DNA from: Intoshia linei | Taxonomy: Eukaryota; Animalia; Orthonectida | Direction: 5' to 3' | Length of the DNA stretch: 64,000 bases | Assembly (NCBI GenBank): GCA_001642005.1 | Contig: LWCA01000014.1 | Coordinates: 1-64,000 of the forward strand | In this document: positions 40,495 through 54,200 of the stretch, one piece after another | Layout: each line of letters begins with the position of its first letter | Numbering within the stretch: position 1 is the stretch's first letter | Program-made: the position numbers and the translations under genes | Notes under the pieces: generated by a model | Told to the model about the DNA's origin: nothing | Seen by the model: the letters and a program-made list of their open reading frames with translations, nothing else | The model's database searches: none

Positions 40495-42687
40495 AATAAT
40501 ACCGTTAAAGTTGGTTTAATTTTATATTATTTTTCAAAACTTGGTTTGTTTTTATTGTAGGGTAACGAATAAACGATGAAAATTTGTTGGTCAAGTTTAA
40601 CGTGTCCACGTCATGACTGCATACATTTCGTAAATTATAAAATTTTTAATATTTAGTTGAGTAATGACTAGTAACTGCCAAATGAATCAAATACTTTTAA
40701 CTTTGAGTTAATTCTATTATTAATTTATTACGCGAATTGTTTTTTTATCTTAATTTCATTTTTGCAATTTTTTCGTCACCACTCTTATTAATGCACTATT
40801 ATTTTATTAGAAATAATTGCCTAATAAAACGTCAATGATAAAATTTTTAAATGTATTTAAGATACCATCACGTTTTGATTAATTAATTAGAGAATTAACA
40901 TAACTACGTAAATAAATAAAACTTGTATAAACTAACAAGCCCACGGCTGTGGATTTGGCTAGGGTAATATTAGAAAAATTTTTCATTTTCTCATAATTAT
41001 GTTCTATTGATACTACTATGCAGTCAGGGCCGTGTAGAGGAGTTAGGTCACATGACCCGGCCAACTATTTTAATTTACAATTATTTTATGTAATTAATAG
41101 GTAATGTTGAAAAAGTTATGATGAATAATGCGATTTCCAATTTTTAGACAACAAACAATTGAGGAAAAATGTATAAACGTTCCATTTTTAAAAAAAAATT
41201 TTGTGTAGTTTGCCCAATATTTTTATAGATTTTAAGTAATTTTGTTTTTTAAATTTTCTAATAATAAAATAAAAATTATTTTATAGTGATAAAATGTGAC
41301 CCTTATGAATAAAAGGTTGAGAACCTCTAGGATAGCGTATACATTTATTTATATATAGCTTCATAATTTTTATCTGACCAATCCTCCTGTTGTTCTGCAC
41401 AATGCATTTAAAGTTTATTACATTGAACATCAAATGATTTTTAAAAAGAAGAAAATATTAGAAAACACCTCATTTGTCATTATTTTTATTTTAAATTAAA
41501 TATACCTTAATCATATTTTTCTTTATTTCTTTAGAATTAAAGGACATTTTATATTCTCAACTGAATTTTTGAATTAGCGTCAATTCAATTTTATGTTTTT
41601 TTAAATACACAATGTATGACAATTTCTAAAAGAATGGGCGTGATATTATTATTTTTATGCATTGTGATAATACAATAACGATTGGATGCAGTGTTGATTT
41701 TTCAGTTATTTTTACTTTATGTATATTTTTACTAAAAATTACAATTCACATACAACAGGACAACGCTTGCACGTGTTAAATTCAACCAGGTGTGTTGAAT
41801 TAATCTTTCCATTATTTAACAATGAAATTGTCATTTTTGATTTATATTAGTATTTTTTATTAAAACTTTGATAATAAATTACCTTTAGTAGTATAATTAT
41901 ATTTTGATTCAAAAATTGAATTGAATGAATTGATACATGTTATGTGTTTTCATATAATTTAATCAATCATAAATTTACGGCGCAATATGAAAATTATTAT
42001 AAATGTTAATTGCTCGATATGATAACTTTTTTATTTAAGCTAAGTTAGAAAAATTTTTTTTAGACTAAGTTAGAAATCAAACGGGCAGTAACATAAATTA
42101 GTATCACTATCTTCACTAATTGATCTATTTTGACCATTAATAACATGATATGATGGATTGGCCCAGCAACAGCTACGACTCAGATAACGGCTCGTAGTCC
42201 GTGTCTATAAAATTCGAGAATACGGGTTAACGAATTTTTTTTAATTGTTAAAGAGTGATATGAGTCGGCATAATTAATGTTACATTTAAAAAAATTTAAA
42301 TATGTGATAATTAATTATAGGTTTTTGTATCGGTACTGATTCTACATCATTAATGAGTCTGTTTAATAGTTAATTTGTATGAAATTAGAGTAGTAATTGG
42401 TTATAATTTTCTAAATGAATTTGCTAAATAAAAAATTTGAGTAATGAACTTTTTTACAACCACTGACGGAAATATTGGAGAAATGCCATTCCGTAAAGGG
42501 CTCTATGTGGATTACCAAAAACAGTTTTCATGTAAATATAATTTGTCAACTAAATCAGGCGATTTCAAAACTTTAGGGATAAATGAAAATGTTTCACTAA
42601 TTCGGTTTTTGGAGTAAAAAGATATTTATTCATTTTTTGATTAACAAGTAAATTAAATTCATGGACTATATTGATATGTATCTTTTC

Positions 42688-42926
42688 CAGGTCTGTGGAG
42701 AGGTCTAGGGCCATACGGCCCAGGTCTACAATCATGGGGATGTAGGCGTACTTTTTAAAATTATTAATAGATCATATTTAAAAATTTCTTAAGTATACCA
42801 AAATTATCGTATAATAAAATGTTATGCAATTTTTAATTTTTAGATAATGAACTATTGACTAAGCAATGTATATAGGGCCTACAATTTCTATCTGGTGTGG
42901 CCTACTGTTGCCTCTGCACAGCCCTG
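42688..42926. mobile_element. hAT (Tip100-like) MITE
   Basis: CAGGTCTGTGGAGAGG / CCTCTGCACAGCCCTG; TSD atcttttc/gtcttgtc. Confidence 0.75.
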
Positions 42927-45217
42927 GTCTTGTCAGTAATCTAGATTGTGAACCGCCTGATAGCTCTTGAAGGAGACAGTGGAGAGACTACTGCCACCGA
43001 CCAGTAGCCATAAAAAACGTATTAAATGTAGGATACCTAAAATCTATAATTTTTTATCTAATATCTGAATTAACTAATCAATGATAAAAATTTTAGAATA
43101 GTCAGGATGTAATAATATGATAAACCGTTATATTAAAATAAAGCAATATCAGTATTTTAAACATTTTAATGAAATGATATGTTGGAATTGTTTTTTTATA
43201 AATCAAGCCTGTGGTCGTAGTATTCTGTTCTATCATAAGTGCATTTGTGTTCATATAAATATTATACATTGCATAACTGTTTTGAAATTATTGATAATTT
43301 GAAATATATGATGAATTAAGCACAATAAAAACATTTATCTCCAATAAACTTTAAAGTCTTTACATGTCATTTTAATTATTTAATTAGGAAGAATACGGTG
43401 ATATATCAAATTAAGTGTGTCTGAATAATAAATTTATAAATCATTTTGACATGATACAAATATACCAGGGTAAATTATAAAATGGTGATATCATTTTTGC
43501 TGTATTACCTGCCATTGTTTTTAAAGTCATGTGTGCTGGCGTCATATTGGTACAAATGTTAAGAAAAGCGGCGCCATTAGTGTAATGAATGTAAATTTGT
43601 GTTGTTAACAATTAAAACAGTTTGTGTTTAAAAATATGTACGCTACATTCGGTTAATTCAATTCAAATGCATCAAACCTTTAGTCTAAACTTTAGATGAA
43701 AATTTAAAATAATATTACTTAAACGGTAAAAATATGCTATGAAGCACTTAATGCATTTAAAACTATAAATAACGTACTTAAATTTTATTTTTGTTTAATA
43801 AAACATAAAAGGTTATAAATGACTGAAAATAGCATTATTTATGGATGGCAGGATAAATCACCGCAATTTCAGCAAATATGATAATGGTGAGTTTGATGTC
43901 AATATTTTTGTACTATATAGTTTTCAATTGATTCATCTTTTGTTTATTACATAAATCTTGATGGAAGTTCTAAAGAAACTTAAAGTATTTCCAAATTGCA
44001 TCGCCAATTGTATTTGACGTTTTGACTATTTTCATTTGCAATAATTTACAACTTTAATTTAACCATTGTTATTTACATTTTTGGAACATGAGTTTGGCCT
44101 AGTTTATTGTAAATAATGGCAAATAAAATACAAAATATACAAAAAGTGGCTTCAACCATTTTGCATAAGTGGACCAAACGAAAATTTTATAACTGATTAT
44201 AATCATCAAATTTAAAATAAATACATTAACGCTGCGTTTATTCAGCCCATGTTTAAAATTGTTGGGAAATGTAGGATTCACAATTGGGAAACACATACCT
44301 GTAAATATACGAATATTGAAGGTCTGAGAATCATTAATTAAATTGTCATGTAAACATTTTTAACCCGAGTATTAAGTAAGTTTTATGTGTTAAGAGGGAA
44401 AAATTGAAAACCTGCTGTATACCATTCACTTAAACCCTAAGTCTTAGGGTTTAAATTCATTTTACATAATTTAAAATGTGTTTTAAAAAACATGACACGT
44501 TTATTGATTCGTTATTTTGACCTGTTCTACGTTTAGTTACTTATTCATTTTAAAAACCTATTATTCTTTTTCTTAACGTCTTCATTATAAATTCACTTAT
44601 AGTTATAGCTCTCATTGAAAATCTGTCATTACACATCAGTTCAACTACGAACTTCTGCCGAATTTTGATTTTTATAAATTGAGATATTTATCTTATAGTT
44701 ATACAAATATATCCCTAACTTAACAAACTAAATAAACAATCATATTTTGTGTTGTAATATTTTCAGGCCTACCAAGGCCCAATATACAATTCAGCATGTC
44801 ATTTTTTTAAGACTTACACACTGCTTTATCACCTTTAATTACATATTTTTACCAAATGTTGAATATTTATTATTTTTTAAGTTTTCCAACAATTTTTTTC
44901 GTCAAGTCCCCGAAATGATAAAAATCCAAAGAATTTTAACCTGGTATTATTCTCCAAACACAATCACTATATGGAATAATGTGTATATAGAGCTCTACTA
45001 GGATTATATTTTATGGGCTCACTTTTGGCTCTTCACTACCTGTATATAACAATCATGTCATATATCTTTCCATCGTTAGTTATAATTAAGAAATGCATTC
45101 ATTTTACTTACTAAAACGATTGATCAAAATATTGTAATAAAATAAAACAAAACAATAACTTGGAAACTCAAAACACGATAAAACCATGAATATTTATTAA
45201 ACGGTAAGAAATTGAAT

Positions 45218-48200
45218 ATGGAGACTCGTCGTAAAATAAGGTAATACTTATAAATAATTAATTTACATTGGTTAAAATAAAAAAATATGTTAAAATAAAC
45301 TAAGGAATATTTTAACAAAAATATATGTATAATAAATTTTATCAACTCAAATAGTTTTTAAGAAATAAATGCAAATAATACAGTAAAATATTGTATTTCT
45401 GAACTTCTGAAAATGATGAAAGTGTGAATTTCTCACTCTAGGGCATTGGTTATCAACCTTTTTGTGTTCGCGACCCTTTTTATAAACATAAAAAATTTTC
45501 GCGACCCAAAAATTTTCTATATACTCCAAACATCTTATCAATTAACACAAATAAATATATTAAAAAAGCATATTCAGTTTTATTTATATTTTATACTGTG
45601 TTCAAATTTTCACGATCCCCCTGATAAATTTTTCGACCTCCCTAACAGTCGCGATCCCCCGGTTGAAAACCACCGCTCTAGAATAATATAAAAATTGTGG
45701 TATTTTTCAAATATTGAAGATTCAGAACGATCCAAGGTCATTTTCAAATTAAATTTATTTAAAAAAACTCTCACTGAATTATTGATATTAATGTAAATTT
45801 AAAGTTTGTGATTCAAATCGTATTACAGAAGTCTAATTATTAATTAATATGTACAAACATTTAACTTTAAATAAATAATTGTTAAAAATTAAAGTGTTTC
45901 ATATTTACCATTTTTATTAATTATATACACAGATATGAAAGTGCCGAAATGAAATTAAATCAAAGCTTAATGATGGCAAAAATCGTATGTATTTACAAGT
46001 TGTAGTATAAATTAAAATTTTACTATGTAAATAAGTAGTGACCAAAGTTTTTAATACATGCATTGTTTGTATAATAATAGTTTGTGAAGTCATTACACTT
46101 ATTATATTTGATCTTAAATTTTATAATTCAAATAATATAGATAATATTTTTAAGGATTCCAATGAACCCTAAAATACCAAAACTTTTAAATACCTTTACT
46201 TACATGTTAATAAAGATTTAAATTTAAACAGTTTCAATAAAACAATAATATTCATATTGCAGAGTTCACAAATAAGACAGAATTGGCCGCAATTTATGAG
46301 CTTTTAGCCGGAAATAAAACTACACCACTTTTATAATCTATGTAAATAAAATTTTAAGTAAGTATTTTATTAAGTAATTAAAATAAAATGTAAATAAAAT
46401 TGTATCATACTTTTAAAATTAACTAAAATTAGCGATTTATTTTCCGAACCATTTTAGAAAATTGTTTAGTATTTTTTTATTGATTAAATGAAAAAAAACT
46501 CCCCGGCCGGGATTTGAACCCGGGTCACTCGCGTGACAGGCGAGTATACTTACCACTATACTACCGAGGACATATTATCTTTTAAATTGTAATCTATATT
46601 AAATAAATATGCATTACTTAATAAAAAGTTTACGATGCACTTGAAACTCATCAGTGATGCGCGAGGGTGGTCTATTTGCTGGTAACATTAATTATTTGCT
46701 ATTTTTTTGTAATACATATACATAAATGACTAATTTGTAAAATATAAACTGAATGCAAGCTTTTTTGTGAGACTCAGAAATTTTTACATGTAAGTTTCAG
46801 AACTAAGTACAGTAATACTTTGCTTAATGAACTCCCGCGTTAACGAACAAATTAAAAAACACAAAAAACTAGAATAATGGGCGAAAATAACCTTTTAAAT
46901 ATGCCAAAACGAACGGAGAATGATACTCTTGCTCAACGAATAAGATCTCGGAACGAATTGGTTTGTTATAGTGAGGTATTACTGTACTTGGAAACAGGGA
47001 TTTTTTCTTTATGGTTGCTAAAATTTTGTGTTTTTTATTTTATGGTTGGATTAAGAGTTATTGATAGTAAGCTTTGATAAAATCGAAGTTTTCAAAAAAA
47101 TGTAGAAAAAAATATTTTACCTCAACTTAAACCTTAAGGCTTAATTTTTGAAATATTAATTTAATTTTTTATGTTGTGGTTGGATTAAAAAAATTTTTAC
47201 ATAAAAGGCTTGAAACAGTATTTTTTATTAAATATTATTAAATGTCATTAATGGTAGGATAAAAGTAGGATTTTAAAAATAATAATTTAGCGCTCGTCTG
47301 GGCTTTGAGATAAAATCCCAACACCTGACTACTCTGCAATAATGTAATTTACAAAAATAAATAAATTTAATAATTTTGCTGGTATTAATACAAGCACGTT
47401 CTGGTAACACTTTTGGTGATGCGTCGATTTATAATTTAAAATTTAATTATAGAAAATTGAAAACGACATAAAAATTGAATCATCTGATATACTAAAAAAG
47501 TTGGATAGTTTGAGAATAAATGCAAAAAATGAAATGGAACACATTAGTTTAAATGTATTATATATTATTTTATTTTTATATTAAAGCATATACAATTTAG
47601 TATAAAAATTGCGAATTGAGTGAAATTTACAATATTAAAGATAATATAATAAATTGTTATCAGGAATATAACGAAAATATATCAACTCTTTTAAAATTTC
47701 ATACAGACTTGGAAAAGAAAAGATTAATAGATATAAAAAAATATTTTCAATGGTTTTATGTCAAAGCAGTACGCTAATTCTTATTATTTATTTTATATTT
47801 TATATTATTAATTATATTTATTATGATATACAATTTTGAAAATTTAGATTAAAATTGCTTATCTCACCGAAAGTGAAATTCGCTCCTTAATAGAAAGTAG
47901 AACTCAAGTAATTACATTTTTTTATTTGAGATTTTGAAAAAAAATTAATTTTAGAAAATTAATATACATTTAATAAGTAATAAAAGATATTATTATGATA
48001 TAAATTACGCATTAACTTCAACAAGTATATATGAAGAGAAAAAACTGATGGATGAGTGGGAGAATATCAAAAAGAAATGGAAAATATGCAAAATTGATAC
48101 CATTATTGAAAATTTTGAGTACGTAGTACACATAATTTTGACATTACAATTTTAAAAATATCGAAATTTGCAAATTTTTGTTTTCATGTATATTTTAGGC

Positions 48201-51200
48201 TCAACGTCAAACTTCAAATTTCACAAATTTACGCAATTATAATTCAAGTTTTTGATAAAACGTATAATCAAAATTACAAAACAGAAGAAAAATTGAATAA
48301 TATCAATGCAGAACTAAGGTATTATATTATAATTTATTTAAAATTTTTTTTTTAATCAAATTAATTTTTTAATATAAAATTCATTATTTCGTTATTATTT
48401 TATTTCACATAAATATTATATTTAGAGAGTTTGCTCCACCAAAAATAAACAAACTTTATGTGAATAATATGCAAAAAAAATATACATTACTAATTAATGA
48501 ATACGAAACCAATTTTATAGAATGTATAAAACATATGGAAAATATCTTTGAAATCGATTATAATAGAATTATTGAATATACGGATGGAGTGATTTTAGAG
48601 ATTACTAATTGTAATAATGATGAAAAATCATCGATAGTGTCTTATTCTGGCAGTGAATCAGAAACCTCTTATGTCGAATCCATAAAAACTAAATGCATGA
48701 AAACTTTGGCTTTACACAGACAATTATGCGAAAACGAATTGATTATTATTGATGTACTTAACTTTCATTAAAAAATGAAATAATAATGAATTATACGCAT
48801 TTAGACATTTTATGACAATTTAAGTAAGTACCAAAAGAAAAATATGCGACAAGTGTTTGATAAGTGTAAATTAATAGTGAGATTTTGGGATTTTCATGTA
48901 GAAAAAACAAAAAAAATATTATCAGATGCTGATACTAAACTATTTACACTTCGAGATAATTTTCAAAATCAAGACAACGTAAGCAAAATTTTATAAATTG
49001 TATGATAATATATGCGTTTAAGTGCGGCGATTGTGCGTAGGCCATTCTTTAAAAAATATTAAAAAAATACAATTTGGGTTTGATAATTTTGATCACTTAT
49101 GGGCAAAATTTTTTTTAGCATTTCTAGTTTTATTACTAGCAAAATTAAAAATTTTTTTTATTTTTGTAAAATACATTATTGCAGAATTACCAGATGTTAG
49201 GATTATATCCAAAGCCTAGACGACCGCTAAATTATTATTTTTGAAATCCCATTTTTGTCCCACCATTAATAAAATTTAATATTATTTAATAAAAAATACT
49301 GTTTTAAGCCTTTTATGTAAAAATCTTTCTTCTTACGATTTTAATAAAAATCCGAAAAAATTACACACATAGCAGCACTTTAGTTCACCTGTAGTATAAA
49401 TGTAATGTAACATAAATTGAATTTAGGCGGTGGAACACTCATTAACAATTTTAATTGAAAAATTGAAACAAGAATCTAATGATAAATCACTCTCCACTGC
49501 CCTAAAAAAGATATCAGATCAATTAGAAAATATAGATAAAATGTTTGTTTTTAATTAATTCACGTTAATTATTTAAATTTTACTTCATACTATTTATATT
49601 TTATAATTATATAAATTAACGATACTGAAAAATTTTAATAAAGCTCTAATTAAAAAAATTAACAACTACTAAGGTAAAGCATAATATTTAGATATGAATC
49701 ACATTACAATAAGCAATGCCTTACTGTTTCAGAAATACATAATTCCTTTAAATTTGAATTGGGTAGATACGAAAAGAGATTAATTAATCATTTTTCTTTA
49801 GTAAAAAGTGAGGTATTATTACCATAAAACAATACTTATATATTATAAATTTTAGAAAAAAGTTGTTGAACCCGTTAAACAAGAAAATGTTAATATTAAT
49901 GTATTTAATCTAGAAAAAGCAAGTTCAGACAGCGAAAATTCTGAAAAAAATGAAAATATGGAATATTTACAACAATCAGACGATTATTATATATGGGATT
50001 GTACATTACAATTTGTATTTGGTAAATTAATTTATCAGTGTAATGTAAAAATAAATCAAATTCACTATAAATATTGCTTTATTGGATAAATAAGAAGCGG
50101 GTTAGCTTAGAAAATTTTAAAATCCAATAAATACAACTGATTATTTAAATTTTTTTTATTTGTTGAGAAAAATGTTAAAATTTTTTCGAAAAGTCGAAAA
50201 GTCAAAATTTTTCGTCAAAAGTACGACTGCGCTGTACCGTTCAGGAGTATAAACATTTCAAATAAACTCTGAAATAAATATAAATAAATTTTTCAAAATG
50301 ACTAATAAAATAAGATAAATTAAAAAATTTTAAAAACTATTTTTTAATATCCTTACTTATATAGAACTCTTTATTTGTTGATCGGTGTGTGTTATTGTTT
50401 ATTTCAATAACTAAGAGTCTTAGAATTTTAACAATTCCACATTTCTATTATAGTTTTTTCCCGGGTGAAAGTAAGATAAATTTCAATATTAGAAACTTAC
50501 ATCTTATCGGTCAAAAACCCCAATTATATTTTTTTTTATGAAAATCAAACCAACTTTAAAATTTAAAAAATATGCACTCTGATACAGATTTTAAAATCAT
50601 AAATATTATCATAAATTTAAATTTAAAAAAAAATATGTCTTCAGAGCCAAAACTCGAAATTACCCTTTTTTAAAAAAATGAGAATAGTCCCAGAATTTAA
50701 AAAAAAATTACAGTTCATATAGTTATCTTTAGATATTATACACAAAATTGTTTTTTACATTTTAAATTTTAATTTTTAGTGAAACTTTTTTTATCATATT
50801 TTAAGGGGGTTTTTTTGGGAAATTTTTTTGTACCAAATGTTAAGAAAAGTTCTAGTTTTTTAATTTTAATTTTATTTGTAATATTTTATATACGAAAGTA
50901 ACATGTGTAGAGTTTTAAAAATATCAATATCTAAAGTAGTTTTTCGAAGATTAGATTTTAGAAATTAAGTTGTTCAGGGTAAAAACCACAAATTACCCAT
51001 CCTATTTTTAAAAATAACACGAGACTAGGATTTTTTAAAGTTTAAGTAGTATTCTAAGTTTAAAGTATAACTATAATTTGTGTGTCTATATGTGCATTAT
51101 CGTTATTTTATAAAAAAAAATCGAATATTTCTAGAATTTAAATAAGATCCAGTTACAATATATAAACAACAAAAGAATTTACTGTTTACTCTTTGTTTGG

Positions 51201-54200
51201 GGAAATTATTTCATATAAAGTAAAAATTTGATATAATTTTTCTAGAAATTAAAAATAAAAAATTGTCTTGACACGTTTGGGATAAATTCCGTTGAAGATT
51301 GGTAATAGTAAACTGTGGCATTTTTATGTAATATTATAAGTTATTGGTAGAATAAGAGCTAGGTGATGTTTGTACGAAGTACAAAACAGCCAAGCTAGTA
51401 TTATATATATAATGTATCTTTACTTTTGTTTTTTAACCCATTTTCCAATTATAAATTTAGATAATTATAAAAAGTCGAATGCAAAATACGATAATGCAAT
51501 TTTACTCGATCATTTCAATAATTACAGTCAAGATATTTATAATCGTGAATTAAATCGAAATTCAGAGGATATCATAAACTTGTATTTTAATTTATTTTTT
51601 ATTATATATAACTTATTATAGATATGAAAAATTGTTTATGAAACATTATGAAAGTTATAAAATATTTAAAATAAAAGAAATTGATCAATATATAGAAGAA
51701 AAGGTTTGACATTTAAAAAAATTTAAAATTAGTACAATTAGTCTACATAGTATACTAATAAATCCTTGTTAAATAACAGTTTAATTCCACGTTAACAGAA
51801 TATTTTATAAACTAATTTGTAATTAAAATAATTAATTTCAAATTAAACATTTCTTTTTATAATATGCTATGTCTTTGAATTGGCTATCGTAAATACCAAA
51901 CTTTCATTAAAACTTTTTAAAAAACATTACAAAATATAAAAAGGAAATATTTTAATTTTTCAACTACAGTCAAATTTAATTAGTTTGGATATTAAAAAAA
52001 ATTAATAATTACATACAAACAATTGTATTTAAATTTTTTATATTGTTATTTCTAGACCATTGATTTCAAGTCATCTTTGGCTACCCACAAACTATTAAAT
52101 TCAGCCAGATATGATAAAATATATACCAATGTGTACAATGTTAGAGTTGGTAATTTTTAAAAACATGATTCTAATTAAAAGTATTCAATGTTATTGGTAG
52201 AAGAATGCAATTTGCATCAACAGCGTTTAAATAAACATATTGCTGGAGTGGAAACAGAATTGAGTCAATTTTACAAAACATTTCTTGAAAAAACTAACCG
52301 AGAAATGGAACAAAATCAGGTTTTGGAAAAACAATTGAAAATTTACGAAAAACAAGCCAATGAAGCAAAAACACAGAATGTGTAATTTTTTACATTATTT
52401 TAAAATTTCCCTATCTTTCCATTTTTGAGAAGTGATAAAATGTTTTGACTTGTTTAAATATGGTAGCTTTTATGAAAGTACATCATAGTCACTATATGGT
52501 TGGCAAGGTCCGCCAAGTGCTTCCTTGATAGGTGTTTTTTTCGGAAATTTTATTAATATTCCATTTCTAACAATTTGCACCTATTATCTATATCGGTAGT
52601 TGGGAAACGCTGACATTTAGTCAAAATTATTATTTATCATAGATTGACATCAATTTCCAGTTCGTTTTATAATTTTACCAAAAAACATAAAGAAAAATGC
52701 AAAACTTCATTTGAAAAATTAAAATTGTACAGCACCAAAACCTTTGAAAAATTGAAAAAATCGTGCAAAATGTATTCATCGAATTGCGTGTAATTTAATA
52801 AAATTTCATTTTTGTATTCATCATAATTATAGACATTTTAATGACGGAGGAAATTTTAATCAAGAAGAAACTGATATTGTAAAACAAGGAATTGAAAATA
52901 TTGAAATGAATATTATAAATAGTGATATTGAGGTACAAACTGAAATACAAAATTTAGAATTGCGCCAAATTTCTGAAATTTCTAGAATTACCAATGAATA
53001 TGATGAAAGGTCATTATTAATTTAATTTTTATTATAATACTTATTAATAATCGTTTAGTTTGCGTAATGTCATAGCTGATGTCACATTTGCTGATAAAAT
53101 CAGTAGATGGAAAAGTAATGGCAAGATTAAACTAATGTCGGAAATGCTAAGAATTTCTACATTATTAAAAAATGCTCAACAAGACATTATTGTTTTCGAT
53201 AAATTAGTTTCTAATAATAGAGTAATTTATATTTACATGCATACTGATAAATAATAATGGGTTTAGACCGGAGGTGGGAAGCATTAGATGTTAGAAGGCA
53301 CCACTAACGTCATAGAAAAAATTAAAAATAAGGCCGCATCTTTCTAAATGAAATGTAATTAAATACATCAGTGCTTCTCATGGGGTGAATAATTTTATTA
53401 GAGGTGAATACGAAAATTTTAGATGATTGGGGTGAATGATAAATTTTTGCATCGTCAATAAGGCCGCATTTTCCCCATCTCTAGTTTAGAAAAAATTCAT
53501 TTTGATTGTGCTTGCGAATTATAAAATTTGGTTCATTTTTTTGTTTTTACTGTTTGTACCCGTCAGTATCCACAAAATATTGTGTATACCCTTTGTTTTA
53601 CTAAAGTTTTTAATAATTGAAGGAGATAAAATTATTTTTAATAAAATTCCTGTGGTTTAGTTCAAATTTGACAACAAACCCTATACTTGTAATTAAATTA
53701 GATACATTATATAAAGGATGACACACATCAGATTTTTTTTTGAAATTTTCTTTCCAATAACGATAAATTTTATTAGATAATTCTTACCGTACTAACATTT
53801 ACGTAATACTTAATTCTTAGCTTGGAGAAAAAAATTCGGATCAAATTTTTGAATATATACCATTAATCAAAAAGAAACTACATTACATATTATTGAATAT
53901 AGAAAATCCCATGAAATACAACGATATTATCATAATTAAGCAAGAAACAAGCAGTTTATATTCATTTTTTAATAACTAAAACATTATTAGATATTATGAC
54001 ATTTAACACGACAAATATTGCAAATTTAGTTTTAAACAAAAGTAATGAAGATGAAAGTTATAAAAGTTTAAAGAAATTAGTAGGGTAAAACAGATTACAT
54101 AGTTAATAAAAAATTAAAAATATTTTATAAATTTTTTAAAATAAATATGGGTTAATTTAATTTCTAGTTTGACAAAAGACATTACCATTCAACGTAAATC

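Noticed and set aside
40879-45691. Short ORF-track entries in the HES/CCDC180 spacer, and similar antisense ORFs elsewhere (e.g. 6727, 8495, 8772, 25642, 55399)
   Set aside because: AT-rich chance ORFs, MITE interiors or shadows of real exons; no motifs.
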